A stretch of DNA of 64,000 bases from the human T2T-CHM13v2.0 reference genome, Homo sapiens. Below, piece after piece: positions 14,601-26,559 of this stretch. The notes below the pieces were generated by a model that saw only the letters and a list, made by a program, of their open reading frames with translations, made no database searches and was not told the origin of the DNA. A program made the translations under genes and the position numbers. Position 1 is the first letter of the stretch; each line of letters begins with the position of its first letter. The stretch is taken from NCBI RefSeq assembly GCF_009914755.1, contig NC_060930.1; one strand, written 5' to 3'.

Positions 14601-15339
14601 ACAATATACATTCAATACATATTTGATTAATGACTAGATAGAATGATCTTTAATTGTGTCTACTTGCCCTAAAAAGCAAGTCAATTAAAATAATCCATGC
14701 TAAAAGTGACTGATTGTCTGGTTCTGCTGCATCACACTGTTCCCAGCTTCCGATGGCATACAGGACAAGCACACTGCTGGCACAACCCTTGACCACAAAA
14801 AAACAGGTTATACATGCATACTCATTCTGGTCTATCAGCCTAGCCTCAGGATCCTAAGTCCATACCCATAAAATGTTCTGCATGCTTAAAGATGCTCTTA
14901 TACCCGGAAAAATTCATTAGTGAGGAATATGAGCAGGCCCAGGAACACTTTTCCAGTATTTCCATATTTTGGAGTTATACTTCTCTAAAAAATACCAACA
15001 TCAGGAAAACAGCACCCTACAGAGCCATGGAAAAGAATCCCTTGATTTTTTTCAAGGGACATTTCCATTAGCTGAGTAAGAGACTGTGTTGTCAAAGGAG
15101 CCACATGAAGAAACATCGTCGACAGCTCTTGTCTACGGGTTGGCATTGAAACCCGGCTGGATTACACTAAGAGTTTTTGTTTCTACACAGCGTTCTGAAT
15201 GTTTCCAGAACAAGACCTCTTGAATGTTTACACACAAAAGCGGAGCAACAGTACAAATACCCAAATGCAAATAAAAAGCTACTGCATCCCTGTTACCCAC
15301 ATTACAATAGAACTTCCTTACTTTCAAAAATCACCACTG

Positions 15340-16545
15340 AATACGACCCATAAAAACGAAGATTGATAAATTGCACTTCTTCAAAATTCAAAACGTTTGC
15401 CTTTGAAAAAACACTATTAGGAAAATGAAAAGACACTATTATGAAAATGAAAAGACCAGCTACAGATGTATAGAAAATACTGTGAAGTCACATATTTGAC
15501 AAAGGACTGCATCTAGCATATACAACTTAATAATAGTATGACAAAACATTCCAGTTTTTTAAATGGACAAAAGATTAAAACAGACCTCACCAAAGAAGAT
15601 ATAAAAATGGTTAATAAGCACATGAAAAAAAATGCTCAAAATCAGTCATCAGGGAGATGCAAATTAAAACCACAAGGAAACATCATTTCACACCCACTAG
15701 GAGAGCTGTAATAATAATGAAAAAAATAAAAGATAGGTTGGGTGTGGTGGCTCACACCTGTAATCCTAGCACTTTGGGAGGCCAAGACAGGAGGATCACT
15801 TCAGTCCAGGAGTTTGAGACCAGCCTGGGCAACATAGCAAGACCCCATCTCTACCAAAAAAAAAAAAAAAAAGACAGAGAAAAGCAAGTGTTGACAAGGA
15901 TGTGGAAAAACTGGAACCCTCACCAAATATGTTGATGGGAATATAAAATGATACAGGTGTCTTATAAAAGAGGTTGGCAATTTCTTAAAAAGTTATTTCC
16001 CATATGACCTAGAAATTCTTCTCCTAGGTATCTACCCAAGAGAAATGAAAACATATGAACACAGAAACCATGGCACATGAATGTTCACAGCAGCATTATT
16101 CACAATAGCCAAAAACTGAAAACAACCAAAATGTCCATCGGATGATTTGGGGACTGGGAAAAGATAATGTGGTATACACATACAAATGGAATACTACGTA
16201 ATTAAAAGGAATGAAATACTGGTATCTACTACAATATGGATGAGCGAAAACACTGTGCTAATTGAAAAAAAAAAGCCAGAAACATAGAGCACAGATTGTA
16301 TGATTCCATTTGTATAAAATGCTCAGAAAAGACAAATCTATAGACGTAGAAAGCAGACTGGTGGTTGCCGGGGGCTGGGTGCAGGAATGGGGGTTAATCG
16401 TAAACAGAATCTTACCAGATGATGTGTGGTAGTGATGACTGTACAACTCATTCAGTTTCTTAAAACAATGCAGAATTGTGCACTTGAGATGGGTGAATTT
16501 TATAATATGTAAATTATACTTCAATAGAGTCATTAAGAAAAAGAA
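15340..16545 (+). mobile_element. Old L1M 3' region interrupted by an Alu monomer (about 15737-15871)
   Basis: Degenerate ORF2 (MQIKTTRKHHFTPTR, cacagcagcattattcacaatagccaaaa) and L1MB/ME-type 3' UTR. Confidence 0.85.
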
Positions 16546-17099
16546 AACCCAATAATATGATTAACAAAAAGTAGCTTGTTAAAAGGAGAGGAAAAAACTG
16601 AACACTTTGTGGTCATCTGTCCCCAGTGACCAAGGCTGGGATCCAGGGAAACATAAATTATATTCCACACTTGCCAGGTCACCTAGGGCCAAAGAAAAGG
16701 AATGGTGAGCAGGAGACAGTTAAGAGTCTCACGCTTTTCTTCTCCTGGCATGAATATCATGCAATATAAGATTTTGTAATTAATAGAAAAATTAATAGTA
16801 ATTTTAAAAGTAATTTCTATCTTTTATTTTCTGCTTGGAGATAGGATACTTTGAGCAAGAAAGATAATGATGTTATGGAATATCCAGATTTCTTTACAGG
16901 AAATTTTGATATTAGACCACTAAAACTTCTAAGTGACAGCAATTAGCTAAGTATTACGAAATACAAAAATGAAAATAAAACAGGTTTTAAAAATTAGATA
17001 AAAATATGGATTGGATCATTTAAAAATTAATATTTTTCAGAAATATTACATAATGTTTCAGTTTATTACCTCTACAGTGGCTACACAAATTGTTCCTTT

Positions 17100-18540
17100 A
17101 ATTATATCCCTTAAACTTTCTAAGGGATATTTGCAAGCATAGTACAATGAATACCTATACATCCTTCACCCATATTCACCAAATGTTAGCATTTTCCATG
17201 TTTGCCCTCTCTCTCTCTTTTGCGAGTAAGATGCATATCTCATGAAACTTTACCCCTATATGAATTGGTGTATGTTTCTTGAGAAAAAAGACACTTTCTC
17301 ACATAACAGAATCTACTCAAAAATTACATAGCGCATTTAATCACCATGTCTTCTTAGTCTCCTTTTATCTATTTAGGAAATGGTCATTCCGTTTATTTTA
17401 TTTTATTTTACTTTTTGAGACAAGGTCTCACTCTGTTGCTTGTGCTGGAGTGCAGTGGCGTGAACACAGCTCACTGCAGCCTTGACCTTGGCTCAAGTGA
17501 TCCTCCTGCCTCAGCCCTCCAAGTAGCTGGGACTATTGGCAGGCACCACCACACCAAGCTAAGTTTTGTATTTTTTGTGGAGATGAGGCTTCCTAGTCTC
17601 TCTCTCTTTTTTGTAATCCTTCATGACATTGATATTTTTGAAGTCTTTGGACAAATTGTTTCATAAAATGTCTCTCAATTCTAATTTCCTGATTGTGTCT
17701 TCATGCTTGGAACCAGGTTATACCTGAGCATGAAAACTACAGAAGTGACACTGTATCTTTTTCAGAACATCACAAAAGGTGGCACATGATGTCGGTTTGT
17801 GCCATTATTCGTGATATTAAATTTGGTGATCTGATTAAGGTTGTGTCCACCAGACTTCTCAAATGTAAAACTAACCCTTTTATTTTTGTGATTGATAAAT
17901 AACTTGTGGGAATTTATAGGTATCATGTTCCCCAACAATGCATCACCCAACGTTTCTCAGTATCTATTCTTGAGAATCAATGATTACCACAGAGACTGTG
18001 AAATGATTTTCTAATTCTGCCATTTCTTCTATACTTATTAATTGGTATTCTTTTATAAAGAAGAGCTTTCCATCCCCATCCTGAACCTCACTCTCTTTAG
18101 TATCAGGATGAGCTTATGGCCTTTTAAAAATGGACATACACTCCCTATATTCTTTATTTTGAAGCTCAAATTGTCCCATATTGGCCAACGGAAGTGCCTT
18201 CAAGCTGGCTCCTATGTACTTTTGATATGTCATTATTATTTTTTGAGTACTTCCTTACTTTCAGTACTGTTTTCACCCTGTTTCTGAATTCTGCCATTTC
18301 TTCAAGGAGCCCTCCTTCCTCTTAGGCAGAATGGTATTTAGAAATCAAGCCCTGGGCACCAGGAGTGTTTTTTGCTACGGGGGTGTCACTGTAGACACTT
18401 CAGAGGACAGAGAGAGGAAATATAATTCTTTCTAAAAAATCATGAGTTCACACTCATACTGATATATTTCTATTTCCAAACCAACACCATAGGATTCTTT
18501 CCGCCCTTTCCCTATACCACATATGTAACCCCCTCCCACT
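17100..18540 (-). mobile_element. Old L1M relic containing an Alu right-arm fragment (about 17392-17590)
   Basis: L1MC/ME-like antisense sequence; Alu segment gagacaaggtctcactctg... Confidence 0.55.
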
Positions 18541-19734
18541 GATACTTTAAGCCTAAAAATTTTAAACATGAGAAAACACAAAATAAAATGCTTGCTACAA
18601 GGTAAAATTCATACTACTGTTGTGACTATCCCTTCTAAACAATTGAGGAAAGTCTAAGGATATTCATTTCCAATATTTAAAAATCCCATGCTACAGCATG
18701 AATCATCATTTTCTACTTTTAGGAACTGGAGGAACAATGTTTATGTTTATGTTCTCGGGAATGCTCTCCTACCTTCTAAATTGGAAGTAGATTTCAGAGC
18801 TAGAATAAGCTTATGATAGTAACAAGGCATGAAATTACAGAAGTGCAAAGTCCAAGTCATGCTCTTCTGACCAAATGTTGGCCTCCTTGTCCCAAGAGGG
18901 TAAGGTTGAGAGGAGAAATTTTCCACATGGAAAAACACTGCCATAGGGCGTGCATTAATGGCTGATGGGCAGTTTGGTGAACTCTCAGAGGTGTGCTTTT
19001 TTTTTTTTTTTAATTAAAGATAAAAGTTGTATTTTTAGGTAGAAAATAAGTTGAGCTATTATGTAATGACTCATAATAGGTCGCGAGCTTTTATTCTACA
19101 TGTCCAAAAGTATTGAAGAATCTGGGGTACAAAAGGACCATGGCAGCTCGTAAAATGGTAAAAAGCATTATAAGCACCAGTTAGTGTATGGAAAACATCT
19201 TCAGTGTGAATGAAGCCTGGGAGGCAGAGGGCAGATAGGCAGCCTTGTATACTTCTGGTTAAAATGCATATTGCTCTGATTTTTATGGAAGGCAACTTGG
19301 TCATGCCCTTTGACCCTGCAATCACATTTCTAAGAAGTTTACCTCAAAGAAACAGAGTAGTACACAAAATATTATCTCTGAAGATATCATCATAACATTA
19401 TTTGTTATATATAAAACACTGAAATAGAACCTATGTACAAGAGTTATAGATAGGATACTTCCATAAAAAAAAAAAACTAGGGTTATTGGTTATGTGTCAA
19501 TTTCATAGTTAGGGAAAAAGGGACAGATCCGGGCACAGTAGATGCAATAGGATCTGAATTTTAACTAAAGAAAGATGCACTGTCAATACATAGCAGATGA
19601 ATGATAATACAGAGATCCATAGCTAAATAGATAAGATTGCTATACCAAATATGGTTTGTGCTTTCCTGGAGTTATCCATTTTTCTAAAATAAACATATAT
19701 TTCCTTCTTAATGTAAAAAGGTTGCCAAAATAAA

Positions 19735-19960
19735 TTTCCCAGCCTAGTGGGAAAGTCATGGGCATTGGAGACACACAGCCTAGGCTTGAGTTCAAGCTCT
19801 ACTAGCTGTGTTGACTCAAGAGCTGCTCAGTCTTCCCGAAACTCAGTGCTTCCTATTTGTTAAGTGAGGATAACAACATTTACCTTATGGGGTTGTTGAG
19901 GGGTAAACAATGAGATAAAAATGGTTGATGCATTAGAGAAACTTAATAAATAATAGCCTT
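19735..19960 (+). mobile_element. MIR
   Basis: ctcagt..cttcctatttgttaagtgaggataacaacatttacctt core. Confidence 0.7.
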
Positions 19961-20974
19961 TATGGTTATCATTGGTAATATTATTGTTATTCATGTTATC
20001 AGATCTCCTAAGAAATAAAAGATTATTTGGCTGAAAAATTTAGAGCCAAGATTCTAAAGACGAAAAATATTCTGGAGTAGCTCAGTTTTCTTAATCAACA
20101 GTGTAACATCACTTACTGTTATTGTATACCAGGGCCTTAACAACTATGAAATGAAGTCACAGTAATTTATAATATTTTTTCTTTTATCAGGACATATATA
20201 TTACATATATATTACATATGTATATATGAAATACATATTTTTGATAATATAAATAACAAAAATGTTATAAGTATACATGACATATAATATGTAAGATATA
20301 TAACAATAAAAGATATATGTATCTTTTATTGAAAGATATACATATGGAAAGTATATAAAACCATACACTATTTAATAAATAATTATAAAAGCAATACTCA
20401 TAAAGCCACCACCAGGTCAAGAATCCCCAAATTCAAAAATCCCATCCTTTTGTCCTTCCCAAGCTAACCACTAATCTAAATCTTTTCAATAATTTCCTTG
20501 ATTTTCCTTGCAATTTTACCATTTACATGTGCACTCTAAATATATAGCTTCGTTTTGGCAGTTTTAGTTTGTTTGAATGTATTCATACTGTTTGTATTAT
20601 TTTCTTAGTTTTTTTCCCAGTTAAAACTGTCTGTAACCCATCATATTGTTGTATATAGTGTGTATAGATGTCTTTAGTTTTCATTATTATATAATATTTT
20701 GTTGTATGAATATTACAAAATGTATGTGTTTATTCACTGATGGAGACATTTGGCTGTTTTCCATTTAGGGCTGCTATGAACACCAATGTGCACACATGAA
20801 GTACACACACTTAAATGTATACACAAGTTTACACTCCCACCAGCACTATAAGAATTCTCCTGTTGCTCTATAGCTTTAAAAACACTTAGTTTTTACTAAT
20901 CTATTGGGTGTGCAATAGCATATCATTTATAAATTTAAATTTCATTTCTCTTACTAAAGAGTTGAAGGGTTTCT

Positions 20975-21310
<336 letters not shown>

Positions 21311-21779
21311 TGAAGTACATATTTATGTTCTTTACTCACTTTTAATTACATTTTCTCCTATTTTCTTATCATTATGTAGGACTTATTCTACATCCTACAC
21401 ACTGTGCTTGACAGTAATGTGTGTTTAAGATGTCTTCTCCCTTTCTGTTCCTTGTATTTTCACTCTTGTAGTATCTTCTGCTAAATAAATAGATGTTCAT
21501 TTTCATGTAGTAAGATGTATTAATCTTTTCCTTTTACGGTTAGTGCATTATTTTTTAAAAAATAAACCTTTCCCCTCATCAATGATGTTTTTACCATTCA
21601 ACATGATAATGGTGCTGGTTTGAGGGCAAAAACAAAAATCATCATGTTAAGAAGATAACTTTCTCTATTTTACTAGAGATTTTTAAAAATCAATGATTGA
21701 AGTAGACTTTTGTCAAATGTCCTTTCACATTCCACTTTATAAGATACAGAGAACTGATCTTTCCAATAATTTGACAATA

Positions 21780-22125
21780 CAGTTGGCCCTCCATTTCCAC
21801 ATGTTCTGCACCTACTCATCCAACCAACAGTGGATCAAAAATTTGGGAAAAAATAAGAAACAGCAGTACAATTAATAAAAAATAGGACAAATAAAAAACC
21901 AATACAGTATAATAGCTATTTATATAGCATTTACATTGTATTAGGTATCACAAGTAATCTAGAGATGATTTAAAATATATGAGCATATGTGCATAGGTTA
22001 CAAAAAATAATACAAATAAAAAAGCAATACGGTATAATAACTACTTATATAGCATTTACATTGTATTAGGTATCATAAGTAATCTAGAGATGACTTAAAA
22101 TATATGGGAGTATGTGCATAGTTTT
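21780..22125 (+). mobile_element. MER2/Tigger-type DNA transposon relic with an internal tandem duplication
   Basis: ta-cagttggccctcc terminus; gcatttacattgtattaggtat..aagtaatctagagatga present twice. Confidence 0.75.
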
Positions 22126-22129
22126 ATAA

Positions 22130-22510
22130 GTTTTATTATAAAGGAGACACATGGGTGAGGGGCAGGAGGGTCCCAGACATGGAGCTTCCAAGCCCTCTCC
22201 TTGTAGAATCCAGGCACACCACCCTCCCAGCACATCATCATGTTCACAACCAGGAAGCTCCACTGAGTTTCTATGTCCAGAGTTTTTATTGAGGTTTCAT
22301 TGTGTAGGCATGATTGATTAAATTGTTGGCCAAGCAATCAAATTCAATTTCTAGCCCCTGAGATTGAGCTGGTCCCAAGTTCCAACCTTAGGGAGCCACT
22401 AGGAGTTGCTTCATTAGCATTATATAGGCACTCCTAGCACTCAGGAAATCCCACGGGATTCTGAAGATCTCTGCCAGGAGCCAGGGAGAAAGGCTATATA
22501 TACTCCTTTT
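22130..22510. mobile_element. MER21-like LTR fragment
   Basis: ccaggaagctccactgag...gtccagagtttttattgaggtttcatt...ggcatgattgattaaat. Confidence 0.65.
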
Positions 22511-23384
22511 TATACTATGAATATCAATGGAAAATCACCTAAAACTAATAAGAGTTCACAAAAAGGCCAAGTATGAAATAAATTAACAAAAAATCAATGC
22601 ATTTCTTTCATACCAATAAAGGGCAGTAAGAAAATAGAGTAAATAAAAGGTTCTACTTACAATAGTAAGGAAATATATAAAATGTGTTAGAATAAACAAT
22701 ACGAAATGTGGCATAGATTCCAGAAGATGTAGTGGAAAGTCAAGAAGAGAGAGGAACATGAGTTTGGGTTAGGGGGCAGTAATCAGAGTAGGAAGAATAG
22801 ATAACCATACGACTAACTTTTAAGATGCTGACTAAAGATGGCAGGGATGTGAGTCATGTGGGATTAACTGGACTCAACTGTCCAGCATACCTTAGGTATG
22901 AACATGAAGGTGCGCAAGATCATGCCCAAAGGTTCACTAGTAGTAGATGGCTTATAAAATACCTGCTCATAGGCACTGCAGCCAGGCTGACTCTACTTGT
23001 CGTTACTGACAGGTCTATTTGAGTCACCACCGAATCTATCCTCCCCATTCTGACTGTGGGGAAGGAAGACAGAGAAGATAGTTACACACTTAAAAGTAAA
23101 CCACCGAGGCCAGCTGCAGACAATTAAACAGTGAGGTATTAAAGGAGAAAATGGAAGCCTAGGTTTCTGCTTTACATTGATTTCATTTCCTGGGACCTTA
23201 TACTATACGAGTTTAAATTTATTTGTATTTATGCTGATCTGAAAAGAAAGTTTAAATTTGATTGGCAAAGCAATCTAAGAGGAGGGGTGATTTTTGAAGT
23301 ACGTTTTTTTCATTTATTTTTCTACCATCACCACCTAGTGGAGAAAACCTTGAACTTCAGACAGAGGGGACTAGGGTTCAGGAA

Positions 23385-23610
23385 AAAATATTACTACAGG
23401 ACCTACTGGGTGCCAGGCACTTTACTAAATACTTTCACATTGACAAGTTCACTTAATTCTCATGACAGACCGTGAGGTAGGCATTCTTATTCCTCCTTTA
23501 GATTTGGAAACTGAGTGTGAGAAGTTATGTAGCTTGCCCAAGGTCACACTATGGACAGCTCAAAACCCAGGTTCTTGAAGTCAAGGTCTAGAGTCATTTT
23601 CACCTCATAG
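23385..23610 (-). mobile_element. MIR
   Basis: gtgccaggcactttactaaat...ggaaactgag...cttgcccaaggtcacac. Confidence 0.75.
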
Positions 23611-23770
23611 GTCATCCAAATAGCTCAACTTCATCCATGTATGTAGCTGTGGGAGACATGCACACACACACACAATCTTTGCTTTGTATTTTTCCTTTTT
23701 ATTATTTACATAATATAGGATAGAAAAGCACAAGTAGAAAAAGGAAATGGCATTATACTATATACATTAG

Positions 23771-24043
<273 letters not shown>

Positions 24044-24501
24044 CGGAGTTTATATTAATTCTATCTCTCTTAATTTTTACTCCCATAGTACACAAGTTTC
24101 CCATGACAATACTTTTGAAAACCCTATTAACAATAAAGTTGGACGTAAAATTATGTCTATATGCAACTCTACTGTCTAATCTTGAAACATGTCCTAAGAG
24201 ACTTAAGGTACCAAAATACTAACAATGATTACAAGTAGACTTGTAGATTTTCCACAGCATTATTTTCTGAAAAAAGAAATTTTAGGCCTTATATTAAGAG
24301 ATTCAAGAAATTTGTTTCCATTTTAAAATTTTTTGGATGGGTTAATTGATCATGTGGCCACGTTACCTCTATAAATGTTTAAAATCAGTGTACTGTATTT
24401 CCACATTTAGTAACACTTTTCTTGACAACCTTGCTTTGAGATCAGCCCTAAAACTTGTTTTGCAAGTATTCACTTCTGTGATGCTCCTGCAATAATCCTT
24501 A

Positions 24502-25689
24502 TGTGCTCGCAGTCAATGAGTTTTTACTCTCATTAACTTGATGAATAAACGCATAGACCCTCACGGAAACTGTTAACAGTTCTTAAACACAGTGCAGAGT
24601 TTCTTCTTTCTGGTAGCTTCCTGATCTCGCCGGCTCAGAAATCAACTGGCAGACCTTCCCGGAGACCGTTAGAGGCCTTAGGTCAGCATCTCTTAAGTTA
24701 GCCGTTCCTGCCAGTGGGTTCAGTAGGTTTGTGGTCTGACTGCCTTCAGAAATAAAGCTACAAGTCTCCACAGTGAGTATTACCACTCATTAAGACAATT
24801 CAGACCCAAACACCAGCTAATGCAAAAAATAAAAGAACAAAACACCCACACAAGCAAAAGAAAGCCAAGCGGGTCTCCATCGCCAGCTCTAGCAGCCTGC
24901 TTTTATTCTCTCATCTGGCCCCACCCACAACCTGCTGATTGGTCCATTTTACAGAGAGCCCATTGGTCTGTTTTACGAAGAGCTGATTGGTCTGATTTGA
25001 CAGGGTGCTGATTGGTGTGTTTACAAACCTTGAGCTAGATACAGAGTGCCGATTGGTGTATTTACAATCCCTTAGCTAGACATAAAGGTTCTCCAAGTCC
25101 CCACCAGACTCAGAAACCCAGTTGGCTTCTCCCATTAACTTCTGAACTGGGGCTGCAGCATAGAGTTGCTTGCTAGTCCCACGTAATGAGCCTGCATTGC
25201 TCAGCTCTGGGGTGGTGAACGGCCCTGGGTGCCGTGGGGCAGTAAGCAGCGCTTCTCAGGGAGGCTTGGGCCGCGCAGGAGTCCCCGGTTGGGGGGAGGC
25301 TCAGGAATGGCAGGCCTGAGCCTTGCGCTGCGTGGAGGCAACTACGGCCCGGCGAGAAGTGCTGTCCCAAGTGCTAAGCTCCTCACCGTCCTGGGCCGGT
25401 GGTGCAGGCCGCTCCGAGCGCGAGGCTTATCTGAGCCTACTCCCACCCGGAACTCGCGCTGGCCCGCAAGCACCGCGCGCAGCCCCGGTTCCCGCCCGCG
25501 CCTCTCCCACCATACTTCCCCACAAGCTGAGGGAGCCAGCTCCGGCCTTGGCCCGCCCAGGAAAGAGCTCCCATAGTACAGCGGCAGGCTGAAGGGTTTC
25601 GCAACCACGGCCGGAGTGGACGCCAAGGCAGAGGAGGCACTGAGAGCGAGCGAGGACTGTGAGGGCTGCCAGAATGCTGTCACCTCTCA
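24502..25689 (-). mobile_element. LTR12-family (ERV9) solo LTR
   Basis: Starts TGAGAGGTGACAGC on the - strand; GC-rich U3; five CCAAT boxes (24938-25056); AATAAAAGCAGGC TATA-like element (about 24895-24907); ends ...GCACA; no clear TSD. Confidence 0.92.
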
Positions 25690-25722
25690 CTGCTGAGGGA
25701 CAAATGAAAAAAAAAAGCTCAC

Positions 25723-25996
<274 letters not shown>

Positions 25997-26127
25997 ATGA
26001 AAGCTCACGATCCTCTTTTGGTAGTTTCACATTACATGGTGATTAAAGTTTAACTTGTTTCTCTAGCGTTTCTATTAATCTTATTTTTGAGCCTAACTTT
26101 TTTAGTTAGAAACAACTCTTAACCAGC

Positions 26128-26274
26128 CAGCCAGGCGTGGTGGCTCAGCCTGTAACCCCAGGACGACTCCAAAGGCTAAGGCGGAAGGGTCCCGGGCGCC
26201 CAGGAGTTCAAGGCTGTGAGCTCTGGTCGCGGCCCTGCACTCCAGCCTGGGCGACAGAACGAGTGAGACCCTCA
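26128..26274 (+). mobile_element. Free Alu monomer (FAM/FRAM-like)
   Basis: Single diverged monomer ending gcactccagcctgggcgacaga. Confidence 0.7.
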
Positions 26275-26559
26275 ATGTGCTCTTGCCCAGATGAAATAAA
26301 AATTCAAGTTTTGGCCAAATTTCGGAAAAGTCTTCATTCTCCCTCAATTCATTTACCTCTTCTAGTTACCAAAAATGCCTGTTTTGAGATACATGTTTTA
26401 AAACGGGAGACTTAGACAAAAGCAAAAAATAACAACATGGTAATTCATTCAAAGATGCAGAATACCACACTTGTTTTAATCTGATATTCTTTCCATTTCT
26501 ATCCGTCTAGGACGTAATTGCACACGGGCGCCTCCCATCATTTGGTTGCTAAGGAGACA

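Noticed and set aside
15411-15457. 23-bp tandem duplication acactatta(g/t)gaaaatgaaaag
   Set aside because: Small slippage event inside an old L1; no functional hint
25173-25690. Cluster of ORFs on both strands
   Set aside because: All lie within the GC-rich U3 of the LTR12
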